From assembly GCA_016186645.1 (NCBI GenBank), contig JACPLF010000005.1, forward strand, positions 33,257 through 97,256: a stretch of DNA of 64,000 nucleotides. Direction: 5' to 3'. Numbering within the stretch: the stretch's first letter is position 1; the number at the start of each line of letters is the position of its first letter. Positions 27,602 through 36,970 of the stretch are shown piece by piece. The stretch is from Candidatus Levyibacteriota bacterium (GTDB lineage Bacteria > Patescibacteriota > Microgenomatia > Levybacterales > UBA12049). Below the pieces are notes generated by a model. That model was given only the letters and a program-made list of their open reading frames with translations. It had not been told where the DNA came from and did no database searches. Made by a program: the position numbers and the translations under genes.

Positions 27602-28813
27602 ATGGATAAAGCAAATTTAAAAGACCACCGCCAGATAGGTCAAGAGCTTGAAATATTCATGGTTAATGAATTAGCCCCAGGAACCATCTTTTGGCTACCA
27701 AAAGGCATGACAATAGTCAAGCAACTCGAAAAGTTCATTCGTAGTCAAAATGAAATTCATGGCTTTCAAGAAGTACAAACTCCAATATTAGTAAAAAGCG
27801 ATATTTTCCAACAATCAGGTCACTTTAAATATTATGAACACAGCATGTACAACATGGAAATTGAACATGAAAGGTATAGTCTAAAACCCATGAATTGTCC
27901 AGAAACAGCACTAATTTATAAATCCAAAACACGGAGCTACAAAGATTTACCTTTAAGATATTCTGAATATGGAAGGTTACATCGACGAGAACTTTCTGGA
28001 GTGGTTGGCGGTTTACTACGAGTAATTGAATTCACACAAGATGATGGACATGTTTTTTTGAAAAGTGATCAACTGGAAAATGAGGTTTTAAGTATTCTAA
28101 AATGGGTAAGTCAATTCCACGCTTTAATGGGTTTCCCATCAAAATTTTATCTAGGAACAAAACCTGATAAAGCTCTTGGAGATGCTAAAATCTGGCAAAT
28201 GGCAGAAGCATCTCTTAAAAATGCGCTCAAGAAAAGTGGTGTTAATTTTGAAATTCGCGAAAAAGATGGCGTTTTCTATGGACCGAAGATCGACATTGAT
28301 ATTACCGACATTCAAAATCGAACATGGACAGTATCTACAATCCAAACTGATTTTAATATTCCTAAACAATTCGATCTTGAATATGTAGATGAAGATGGTA
28401 AGTCGCAAAAACCTGTTATGATACACAGATCAATTATCGGTAGCTTTGAACGCTTTATAGGAATTCTACTAGAGCATTATCAGGGGGCGTTTCCGGTGTG
28501 GCTTGCTCCAGTTCAAGTTGTAATAATGCCGATTACCGACAGGCAAGAAGAACATGCAAAAAAAATTGTAGAAGAATTGAAAGAAAATGGAATTCGGGCG
28601 GAATTGGATAATCGGGCGGAAAGACTTCAGGCAAAAATAAGAGATGGCTCTTTACAAAAAGTGCCGTATTTGGGTATAATAGGAGACAAGGAAGTTCAAA
28701 GTTACGAAGAAAGTTTAATTTCAGTAAGAAAAAGAAATGGAGAAGATCTTGGGCAATTAAAATTGTCTGATTTTATAAAAAGGTTAAAAGAAGAAATTGA
28801 TAAGAAGATTTAG
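27602..28813 (+). CDS. thrS: Threonyl-tRNA synthetase, catalytic core plus anticodon-binding domain only (no TGS or editing domain)
   Basis: Starts at the DHRQIGQELEIF motif. Class II motifs and HRSIIGSFERFIGIL are present. 403 aa versus about 640 aa typical. Confidence 0.85.
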   Translation: MDKANLKDHRQIGQELEIFMVNELAPGTIFWLPKGMTIVKQLEKFIRSQNEIHGFQEVQTPILVKSDIFQQSGHFKYYEHSMYNMEIEHERYSLKPMNCPETALIYKSKTRSYKDLPLRYSEYGRLHRRELSGVVGGLLRVIEFTQDDGHVFLKSDQLENEVLSILKWVSQFHALMGFPSKFYLGTKPDKALGDAKIWQMAEASLKNALKKSGVNFEIREKDGVFYGPKIDIDITDIQNRTWTVSTIQTDFNIPKQFDLEYVDEDGKSQKPVMIHRSIIGSFERFIGILLEHYQGAFPVWLAPVQVVIMPITDRQEEHAKKIVEELKENGIRAELDNRAERLQAKIRDGSLQKVPYLGIIGDKEVQSYEESLISVRKRNGEDLGQLKLSDFIKRLKEEIDKKI

Positions 28814-29396
28814 CAAAAAAAGACAAGACACGAGGCGCTTTTACCGGATCAATGAGCGTATTTTTGCAAGCAACCTTCGCGTTTTGGATCAAGAAGGAAA
28901 GCAAATTGGAGTATTAACCCGATTTGAAGCTTTGCAAAAAGCAAAAGACTTAGGAGTTGATTTGGTTGAAATTGCGCCAATGGCAAGCCCTCCTGTTGTT
29001 AAAATAATTGATTTTAAGAAATTTTTATATCAGGAGTCCAAGAAGAAAAACGAAGAAAAGAAAAGAAGTAAGGTCTCGGAAACAAAGGAAATTAGGCTTG
29101 GGCCTTTCATGAACGACCACGACCTGAATACGATGATACGACGGGGAACCGGGTTTTTGCAAGACAATGACAAAGTAAGATTGATAGTCAAATTCATGGG
29201 ACGCCAGATTGCGCATCCGGAGTTTGGACAGCAAATAATGCAAAAGGTGATTAGTGCGTTATCTGATATTTCCAAGCCTGAAAGAGAACCGCATTTTGAA
29301 GGAAAACAATTAATAGCGATTTTATCGCCGGAAAGGAAAGGAAGTTTGACTTCCAAAAAAATAAATGAAAAAGAAGATAAAAAACTCAGTAAGTAA
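28797..29396 (+). CDS. infC: Translation initiation factor IF-3
   Basis: RINERI...VLDQEGKQIGVL...DLVEIAPMASPPVVKIIDFKKF matches IF3. The true start may be a non-ATG codon slightly downstream. Confidence 0.8.
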   Translation: MIRRFSKKRQDTRRFYRINERIFASNLRVLDQEGKQIGVLTRFEALQKAKDLGVDLVEIAPMASPPVVKIIDFKKFLYQESKKKNEEKKRSKVSETKEIRLGPFMNDHDLNTMIRRGTGFLQDNDKVRLIVKFMGRQIAHPEFGQQIMQKVISALSDISKPEREPHFEGKQLIAILSPERKGSLTSKKINEKEDKKLSK

Positions 29397-29559
29397 AAGG
29401 TTTAAAGTCACCAAAAATGGTAAAGTGATGTTTTCTCATCAATATAAGTCCCATTTGAAAATAAATAAGTCGGGGAGTAGACTTCGAAGACAAAAAGAGC
29501 CGGGTGTTTTAAGAGGAAAATTCGCTCACAAAATTAAACAAATGTTAGGAGCAGCATAA
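29365..29559 (+). CDS. rpmI: 50S ribosomal protein L35
   Basis: MKKKIKNSVSKRFKVTKNGKV... with conserved synteny to infC and rplT. Confidence 0.85.
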   Translation: MKKKIKNSVSKRFKVTKNGKVMFSHQYKSHLKINKSGSRLRRQKEPGVLRGKFAHKIKQMLGAA

Positions 29560-29560
29560 T

Positions 29561-29908
29561 ATGAGAATTAAACGCGGGATGGTATCCCGAAGAAAACATA
29601 GAAAACTTCTAGGCCTTGCGAAAGGATACCGCCAGAATAGAAGCAGAAACGTAAAGCAAGCAAAAGAAGCGGTTCTCCATGCCGGCTCTTACGCTTTCCA
29701 TGGCAGAAAACTCAAAAAAAGAGATTTTAGAGCACTCTGGAATATAAGAATTGGCGAAGCTGCAAAATTGAATGGCTTGTCCTACAGCATTTTTATGCAC
29801 AAATTAAAAAAAACCAATATTGAGCTAGATAGAAAAACACTTAGTGAAATTGCAGTTAATGATGCTGCAGTCTTTAAGTCTATTGTCGATAGCGTGAAAA
29901 ATGCTTAA
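29561..29908 (+). CDS. rplT: 50S ribosomal protein L20
   Basis: MRIKRGMVSRRKHRKLL...DFRALWNIRI matches L20. Confidence 0.9.
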   Translation: MRIKRGMVSRRKHRKLLGLAKGYRQNRSRNVKQAKEAVLHAGSYAFHGRKLKKRDFRALWNIRIGEAAKLNGLSYSIFMHKLKKTNIELDRKTLSEIAVNDAAVFKSIVDSVKNA

Positions 29909-29947
29909 TACCTTTCCCCAAAAACCCCAATATGTTATTCTTAAACT

Positions 29948-31006
29948 ATGGAAGAAGAGTTGATGCAGATTAAAAATTCAGCGGTTTCAATGATAATTGA
30001 GGCCACGGATCAAAAAGAACTGGAAGAAATAAAACTTCAATTTTTGGGAAGATCAGGAAAATTAACTTCACTGTTTAAAGAAATTACGAAAGTTCCCATA
30101 GAAAGAAGGCGAGAAGTTGGTCAACTCGCCAATGACGTTAAAAATATAATTGAAGAAACCCTTCGGCTAGCTCAGGACAAGGTATCTGATCAAGAATCAC
30201 AATCCCGAAAAGAAAGTATAGACGTAACAGCGCCGGGAATAAAACCTCCAATCGGACACATACACCCTATGACACAAGTACTCTATGATGTGGTTGACAT
30301 ATTCAAAAAGATAGGATTCCAAGTCGCAGACGGACCCGAAATAGAAAGTGACTATTACAATTTTGAAGCACTTAATATCGCAAAAGATCATCCTGCCCGG
30401 GATACTCAACAAACTCTTTATTTAGATACAAGAAATAGTAAAATAAATCCTGGCGAAATAATTTTGAGGACTCAGACTTCTGCAATGCAAGGACGCGTAA
30501 TGGAAAAAGTAAAACCTCCGGTTCGTGTGATTGTTCCCGGAAAAAATTTTAGATATGAACAAGTCGATGCTTCTCATGGATTTGAATTTTGGCAGGTTGA
30601 AGGATTTATGGTTGACGAAAACGTAAGACTAACAGATTTATTCGGAACAATTGATTATGTTCTGAAGAAGTTGATGGGAGAAAGTACCAAATTAAAATTT
30701 GCAACAACTAACTTTCCTTTTGTTGAGCCGGGAGTTGATACATATATTGAGTGTACTGTTTGTAAGGGTAAAGCCCGCCTGCCGGACGGGCAGGGGTGCA
30801 GTTTCTGCAAACATAGCGGATGGAGCGAAATCATGCCGGCTGGAATGATTCATCCAAATGTCTTAAAAGCTGTTGGGTATGATAGTCAAAAAGTTTCAGG
30901 ATTTGCTTTCGCAATAGGCCTTTCCCGTCTCGTAACACTTCGCTATCAAATGGACGATTTGCGTTTGCTTACAAACCCGGATTTAAGAATCCTAAATCAA
31001 TTTTAA
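29948..31006 (+). CDS. pheS: Phenylalanyl-tRNA synthetase alpha subunit
   Basis: Class II motifs. FPFVEPG and GFAFAIGLSRL. Located upstream of pheT. Confidence 0.9.
   Translation: MEEELMQIKNSAVSMIIEATDQKELEEIKLQFLGRSGKLTSLFKEITKVPIERRREVGQLANDVKNIIEETLRLAQDKVSDQESQSRKESIDVTAPGIKPPIGHIHPMTQVLYDVVDIFKKIGFQVADGPEIESDYYNFEALNIAKDHPARDTQQTLYLDTRNSKINPGEIILRTQTSAMQGRVMEKVKPPVRVIVPGKNFRYEQVDASHGFEFWQVEGFMVDENVRLTDLFGTIDYVLKKLMGESTKLKFATTNFPFVEPGVDTYIECTVCKGKARLPDGQGCSFCKHSGWSEIMPAGMIHPNVLKAVGYDSQKVSGFAFAIGLSRLVTLRYQMDDLRLLTNPDLRILNQF
30778..30794. repeat. Palindrome CCTGCC-GGACG-GGCAGG in frame within pheS (read as LPDGQG)
   Basis: 6-bp arms with a 5-nt spacer. Same family. Confidence 0.65.
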
Positions 31007-31093
31007 ATTGAAAAAGGTAAATTGTAAAAACACATTGTAAATTTCAAATTTAATATGAATATTTACTATTTAATATTTACTATTTAATATTTT

Positions 31094-33019
31094 ATGCTGG
31101 CACCTTTGTCTTGGTTAAAAGAATATGTAGACATAAAATTAACTCCCAAAGAATTGGGAGAAAAACTTACCGAAGTTGGACTTGGCGTTGAAAAAATTAC
31201 CAAAACTTCAGATGACACTATTTTTGAATTGGAAATAACTCCAAACCGCCCTGACTTACTTTCAATTATTGGAATTACTCGCGAAATTGCAGCAATTGAA
31301 AACCAGCCTGCCGGCAAGGCAGGTAAAAATATTAAATATCCCAAATTCAAAACCCAACTCAAACCAACTGCAAAAGTACTTCCACTAACTATCAAAACTG
31401 ATTCAAAAATTAACCCAAGATTTACAGGAATTATTATTTCGGGAGTAAAAGTAGGGGAATCCCCAAAATGGCTAAAAGACCGCTTAGAAAAAATGGGGCA
31501 GAGACCCATCAATAATATTGTTGATATTACCAATTATGTAATGCTGGAATTGGGCAATCCTATTCATGCTTTTGATTACGACAAAATTGCTGAACATATA
31601 ATGATAGTTTCTCAAACAAAAGGCGGGGAAAAATTTGAAAGCGTAGACGGAGTAACTTATCACCTTCCCAAAGATACGGTCGTAATATCTGACAAAGAAA
31701 AAATTATAGATCTTTGCGGGATAAAAGGGGGAAGAAATACAGGAACTTATGAGGATACAAAAACTATTTTTATCCGTGTTCCTGTTGAAATCTCAAATTT
31801 AATAAGAAGAACATCTCTATCTCTTGGATTGAGAAGTGAGGCATCAAGTATTTTTGAGAGAGGAGTTAATGCCGGCGGTACAATTGATGCTTTGAAAAGA
31901 ACAGTTGATTTGGTTTTGGAATTGGCAGGCGGAGAAGTCGCAAGCGAACTTTATGATATAAAAAAAGAATATTTTAAACCTTGGAAATTAGAACTAAGAG
32001 TAAAAAGATTAAACCAAATTTTAGGCATTGAAATTCCAACAAAAAAAATTCTGGAGATTTTAGGATCACTCAATCTTTCACCCATACACCTTCCAGGTGA
32101 ACGGAAACGACACCTGGAAGGTGAAACGGTTATTGAATGTGCCATTCCAACCTACAGAAATGATTTAAAAATCGAAGAAGATTTGATTGAAGAAATTGCC
32201 CGAATTTATGGTTATAATAATTTTCCCAAAACAATGCCGGGAGGTACAATCCCAACAAAACAAATTCCATATTTCAAAGATTACAGACTTGATGAGAAAG
32301 TAAAAAATATTTTAAAAGCAAGCGGTTTTTCAGAAATTTATACCTACAGCTTGATAAGCGAAAAAGATTTAATAGAGGCGGGCATTAATTCTCAAAATGT
32401 TCTCCGCGTTGATAATCCGGTAAGTCGTGACTTCGAATATCTGCGTCCAACACTTAAAACTAATTTATTGAAAGCTCTGTCTCAAAATAAGTCTAACTTT
32501 GAAAAAATTAATCTTTTTGAATTAGGAAAAGTTTACAACGGAAAAAATTTAGATGAGGCAGAAGAAAATTATTTTCTCTCTGGGATTTCAAACTCTAAAT
32601 CATATTTTGAAGTTAAAGGAATGCTTGAAAAAATCTTTGAAGACTTAGGAATCAAAGAAGATCCAACAAGATATATTGAGATCTTGAACGAAAGAATTTT
32701 CTTTGAATTAAATTATTCAGAGCTTATTAAGAAAATAAATCCTGATAAAAAATTTATTCCTCTACCAAAATATCCGCCTATCGTAGAAGATTTATCAATA
32801 ATTTCAGACGCAAAAACTAGTGAGATTATTGATGAAATAAAAAAACAAAGTTCTATTATTGTTAATGTTTCACTTTTGGATCAGTTTGAAGATTCAAGAA
32901 CTTTTCATATTGTCTACCAAGATGAAAATAAAAACTTAACAGGAGAAGAAGTTGCTAAAATCCGCGAAAAACTCCTCAAGAGTCTTAAAGAAAAGTTCAC
33001 CGCCAGACTAAGGGAATAG
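31094..33019 (+). CDS. pheT: Phenylalanyl-tRNA synthetase beta subunit (short form)
   Basis: B3/B4 and B5 domain region. C-terminal FDV-like domain. Synteny with pheS. Confidence 0.85.
   Translation: MLAPLSWLKEYVDIKLTPKELGEKLTEVGLGVEKITKTSDDTIFELEITPNRPDLLSIIGITREIAAIENQPAGKAGKNIKYPKFKTQLKPTAKVLPLTIKTDSKINPRFTGIIISGVKVGESPKWLKDRLEKMGQRPINNIVDITNYVMLELGNPIHAFDYDKIAEHIMIVSQTKGGEKFESVDGVTYHLPKDTVVISDKEKIIDLCGIKGGRNTGTYEDTKTIFIRVPVEISNLIRRTSLSLGLRSEASSIFERGVNAGGTIDALKRTVDLVLELAGGEVASELYDIKKEYFKPWKLELRVKRLNQILGIEIPTKKILEILGSLNLSPIHLPGERKRHLEGETVIECAIPTYRNDLKIEEDLIEEIARIYGYNNFPKTMPGGTIPTKQIPYFKDYRLDEKVKNILKASGFSEIYTYSLISEKDLIEAGINSQNVLRVDNPVSRDFEYLRPTLKTNLLKALSQNKSNFEKINLFELGKVYNGKNLDEAEENYFLSGISNSKSYFEVKGMLEKIFEDLGIKEDPTRYIEILNERIFFELNYSELIKKINPDKKFIPLPKYPPIVEDLSIISDAKTSEIIDEIKKQSSIIVNVSLLDQFEDSRTFHIVYQDENKNLTGEEVAKIREKLLKSLKEKFTARLRE
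31307..31323. repeat. Palindrome CCTGCC-GGCAA-GGCAGG in frame within pheT (read as PAGKAG)
   Basis: Same family. Confidence 0.7.
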
Positions 33020-33099
33020 GCAAGAGATAATTTCCTCTAATTTAAGACGTAGAGATTACATTTCTCATGAGATGAGTGCTTGAAATTAAACTTTGGAAT

Positions 33100-33606
33100 C
33101 TAGCTTGATTTACCTTGCCATTTATCTAAGAAACCTATGGTCTGCTCTATGGTTATTTCACGTCTAGCCCTATTTTCTCTTAAATTCAAGATACTGCGAC
33201 TTATTCCTACAATTCTTCTTGTATTTTCAACGTTTACGGGAAATTCAGGATTAACATTTAAAGCGGGTAATAATGATAATGGTACAGCATAAAATTTCAG
33301 CAACCTGTTATCTTTCGCTCCCGCACGCCTAACAATCAACAGTAATTTATCATCTGCGTCCCATCCCCTAAATATAGGCCATACTGTAACAACTTCCAAC
33401 TGTCCTTCATCGGAATCAACTGTTCCAAAAGACAAAACAGCCCTTTTTTCTTTATTCTCTCCTAAAGTATTTATTAGATATTCAGCATGTGTTCTACCAT
33501 AAAAATTCCTCACGTCTTCAAATAAACCCATCAAATTCTCCCTGGCTTCCTCAATGATTTTTTCCTTTTCATCTGGAGAAAGACTTTGCCCTATGTATTC
33601 GTTCAT
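33100..33606 (-). CDS. Hypothetical protein
   Basis: 168 aa ORF adjacent to the RAYT element. Confidence 0.3.
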   Translation of the reverse strand: MNEYIGQSLSPDEKEKIIEEARENLMGLFEDVRNFYGRTHAEYLINTLGENKEKRAVLSFGTVDSDEGQLEVVTVWPIFRGWDADDKLLLIVRRAGAKDNRLLKFYAVPLSLLPALNVNPEFPVNVENTRRIVGISRSILNLRENRARREITIEQTIGFLDKWQGKSS

Positions 33607-33651
33607 TTAAGCGATTTTAACACACGGAAAAATCAATTGCAAAAATTTATA

Positions 33652-34439
33652 CCCCCCGATTACACCCCGCCCTCCGATTACACCCCGAGGGTGTTTGCCG
33701 TTGACACCTGAGGAAATTTGTGATTTACTGACCATATGCCTTCAAGAATAATTCCTTTTGTAAACGGTGAATATTACCACATTTTTAATAGAGGCGTAGC
33801 CAAAATGCAGATATTTAATAATTTCTATGATTACAATCGTTTCGTAAAAACGATGATTTATTATTCAATTGAAGGACCCAAGCCAAGATTTTCAGTTTTC
33901 ACCCCAACCATATCAATATTGAACATAAATAAGAAAATCGTCGATATTATTTGTTATTGCCTCATGCCTAATCATTTCCATTTCCTCTTGCGTCAGGTCA
34001 AAAAAGGCGGCATTACAGAATTCGTAAGCAGACTCAGTAATAGTTATACAAAATATATCAACATTAAAAATAAAAGAGTTGGTCCTTTATTGCAAGGGAA
34101 TTTTAAGGCTGTTCACGTAGAGACAAACGAACAGCTCCTGCATCTTTCACGATATATTCATCTAAACCCTCTTGTAAGCTATGTCGTAAAAGATTTAGAT
34201 ATCTATAAATGGTCATCCTATCTTGAATATATCGATCTAATTAATAATGGGATCTGCGATAAAAAAATAATACTGGATCAATTTAAGTCTCCTAAAGAAT
34301 ATAGGCAATTCGTTTTAGATCAAGAGAGTTATGGAAAAAAACTAGAAGCGATAAAGCATCAGCTTTTGGATTTGGAGGCGTAATTCCTATGTGCAATCGT
34401 AAGACACCCCGAGGGTGTAAACGGAAGGTGTAAACGGAA
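33652..34439 (+). mobile_element. REP-associated tyrosine transposase (RAYT/IS200-like) unit with flanking hairpin and tandem terminal repeats
   Basis: Identical 15-mer hairpin ACACCCCGAGGGTGT at 33680-33694 and 34404-34418. Tandem CCGATTACACCCC x2 on the left. Tandem GGTGTAAACGGAA x2 on the right, an imperfect inverse of the left repeats. Confidence 0.55.
33736..34383 (+). CDS. REP-associated tyrosine transposase (Y1 HUH transposase, IS200-like)
   Basis: HUH motif MPNHFHFLL. RYIHLNPL...YKWSSY resembles the RayT YIHxNPV...YPWSS catalytic Tyr region. Confidence 0.7.
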   Translation: MPSRIIPFVNGEYYHIFNRGVAKMQIFNNFYDYNRFVKTMIYYSIEGPKPRFSVFTPTISILNINKKIVDIICYCLMPNHFHFLLRQVKKGGITEFVSRLSNSYTKYINIKNKRVGPLLQGNFKAVHVETNEQLLHLSRYIHLNPLVSYVVKDLDIYKWSSYLEYIDLINNGICDKKIILDQFKSPKEYRQFVLDQESYGKKLEAIKHQLLDLEA

Positions 34440-34442
34440 AAT

Positions 34443-36830
34443 TTAAGGTGTAGGCGTGATTGTTAACGTAGGCATTGGGGTAGGAATAGGTGTTTGAGTT
34501 GGAGTCGGAGTGTCGGTTACAATTCTAGTTGACAGCTCAGTTGGCGGATGGTACGAAGGATCGTCTTTATAAGTTTCGTTTACCCACTTATCAATTCCCT
34601 CTTGCCAGCGATTTTTTCCATCCCCTGATGTCGGATCGTCTTCGCGAAACACAATAAATTTACGGGTATCATATTCATTTTTATCAAGCTCGGATGCACT
34701 TGCAATTTTATTGCCATCTGCCTTTGAAACTTTGATTGTTTTGTAAATTGGGCTTGGCCCCTGCGGTTCGGTTCCTTTTATAAAATACTCAGAACGAGTT
34801 GATTGTCCGTCTACTGGCAGCCCTCCGCCCAAAGAATCAATTGTAACGGCAATAACATTGTCAGGTTTTATAAATTCTTCAGATGGTTTATTTTTCAAAG
34901 CCTCCAAAATGATTCTTCTCCAAATCGGCGTTGCTCCTGTCACTCCGGACGCAACATTACCCATAGGTGAATTGTCGTTATTTCCAACCCATGTCGCAAC
35001 CAAAATACTCGGCGTCCAGCCGATTGTCCAGTTATCTCTTTTATCATCTGTTGTTCCTGTTTTTACAGCAATCGCTCGGCTGCCCATATTCAAATAGCTA
35101 TTTACTCCGAAAGTAATAAGTCTCGCATTATTGTCCAAGAGTATATGGGAAATTATGAATGCCACTTCCGGACTTAACACTCTTTTCTTATCTGTTTCTT
35201 TTTGCTCAAACAAAACCTTACCTTTTGGATCTGTAACTTTGAGAATTGCAATTGGATCAGATCTATATCCCTCATTTGCGAATGCTGTATATGCAGCAGC
35301 CAGCTCAAGAGGCTTTACGTCTCCTCCTCCCAATGTCAGAGACAGCCCAAAACGATTTACATTATCCTGAGTCGGCGCAAACGTGCTAATTCCCATATTG
35401 TATGCTGTTGACAGCATGTTTTTAACTCCGACCAAAGCCAAAAGTTTTACAGCAGGAATATTAATTGATGAACCTAAAGCGAATCTTAGCTGGAGAGGTC
35501 CGTGGAATTTACCGTCGTAATTTTTCGGCTCATAATCTTTTTCTTCTCCGGGATTTGGAAAAACTGTTGGCGTATCCATTATTAAAGATGCCGCTGTATA
35601 TCCTCTTTCCAAAGCCGTAGCATATGCAACTGGTTTTATGGAAGAACCGGGCTGGCGAAGTGCCTGGGTTATTACATTAAATTGCCCGCCCTTTGAGGGA
35701 GTATCTTTTTCATCCTCGCCCTCAGCAGATTCATCGAAAAAATCTCTGCTTCCAACCATTGCCAGGATTTCTCCGTTTTTTGAATCCAAGACAATACTTG
35801 CCCCATTTCCAACATTTAGACTCTCTGCATTCTCTACTTCTTCTTTCACAATTTCTTCCGCTTTTTCTTGTAATTTATAATCCAAAGTCGTTGTAACCTG
35901 CAGTCCGCCTTGCTCAACAACATTTTCTCCAAATTGCTTAATCAACAAATCTTTAACATAAAAAGAGAAATGGGGAGCTTTTATCGCGTGCGTTTCTTTG
36001 AGAAACTCGACATTGGGTAATTTTTTTATCGTATCTAATTCCTGCTTTTTAGTAATGTAATTGTCTTCCTGCATTCTTCGCAATACCTCTTTGCCTCTAT
36101 CTATATATGCTTTTGGATTCTGCCCGTAAGGAGAAAAAAAGGAAGGTCTTTGGGGAAGTCCTGCTAAAATTACTGACTCTGTCAGATCCAGATCTTTGGC
36201 TTTTTTTCCAAAATATCTTTCTGATGCTGCTTCAATTCCAACTGTTGTTCCGCCATAGGGAGTGGCATTAAAGTAGAGCTCCAAAACTTGGTCCTTTGTG
36301 TATTTTCTGTCAACCTGAATTGCCAGAATAAATTCTTTGATTTTACGAGTTACTGTCTGTTCGGATGTTAATAGGGTATTTTTAACTAATTGCTGTGTAA
36401 TGGTAGAACCTCCTCCTGATATCCTTCCTCGTAAAATTGCGTTTCTAAACGCTCTGAGATAACCTGTTATTGAAAATCCCTGGTTCTGATAAAAATCTTT
36501 ATCTTCTATGGCAAGTGTTGCCTGCTGTAAAATTTTGGGAATTTGATCTAAAGTTATGTACGTACGATTTTCATCCCGATATATATCGTAAAGAAGAAGT
36601 TCCTGCCTATCGAAAATTTTTGTGGACTGAGGAAAATTGCTGGCAGAGAGTTTTTCAGGAGTAGGTAGCTCCCGGCTAAACCACACAAACATTACAAACA
36701 TGATTACAAAAAGACCAATTAGTCCAAAAAAGGCAAGTTTTGCAATTTTGCTATAAAGAAAAATGCTTGAGGAATGTCGTTGCAATCTGCTGCGTCTGCC
36801 AAACAAAGCCATAAAAACATTATATACCAC
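34443..36830 (-). CDS. Class A penicillin-binding protein (PBP1A: transglycosylase plus transpeptidase) with Pro/Thr-rich C-terminal tail
   Basis: GT51 motifs EDKDFY and GGSTITQQ. Transpeptidase SxxK and KTGT. C-terminal TPTPTQTPIPTPMPT tail. Confidence 0.85.
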   Translation of the reverse strand: MVYNVFMALFGRRSRLQRHSSSIFLYSKIAKLAFFGLIGLFVIMFVMFVWFSRELPTPEKLSASNFPQSTKIFDRQELLLYDIYRDENRTYITLDQIPKILQQATLAIEDKDFYQNQGFSITGYLRAFRNAILRGRISGGGSTITQQLVKNTLLTSEQTVTRKIKEFILAIQVDRKYTKDQVLELYFNATPYGGTTVGIEAASERYFGKKAKDLDLTESVILAGLPQRPSFFSPYGQNPKAYIDRGKEVLRRMQEDNYITKKQELDTIKKLPNVEFLKETHAIKAPHFSFYVKDLLIKQFGENVVEQGGLQVTTTLDYKLQEKAEEIVKEEVENAESLNVGNGASIVLDSKNGEILAMVGSRDFFDESAEGEDEKDTPSKGGQFNVITQALRQPGSSIKPVAYATALERGYTAASLIMDTPTVFPNPGEEKDYEPKNYDGKFHGPLQLRFALGSSINIPAVKLLALVGVKNMLSTAYNMGISTFAPTQDNVNRFGLSLTLGGGDVKPLELAAAYTAFANEGYRSDPIAILKVTDPKGKVLFEQKETDKKRVLSPEVAFIISHILLDNNARLITFGVNSYLNMGSRAIAVKTGTTDDKRDNWTIGWTPSILVATWVGNNDNSPMGNVASGVTGATPIWRRIILEALKNKPSEEFIKPDNVIAVTIDSLGGGLPVDGQSTRSEYFIKGTEPQGPSPIYKTIKVSKADGNKIASASELDKNEYDTRKFIVFREDDPTSGDGKNRWQEGIDKWVNETYKDDPSYHPPTELSTRIVTDTPTPTQTPIPTPMPTLTITPTP

Positions 36831-36970
36831 TCCGCTTTAAGTTTGCAAAAGCTGGTATATGCCTCCGTAGCTTTCAACAAACCCTTGTGTTTTAATATTG
36901 AGCAAAAACTTTAGCTTCGTTAGGTATATGAATTATAAAAAGCGAAGGGGCATACAACTTTTGGCCTCTT

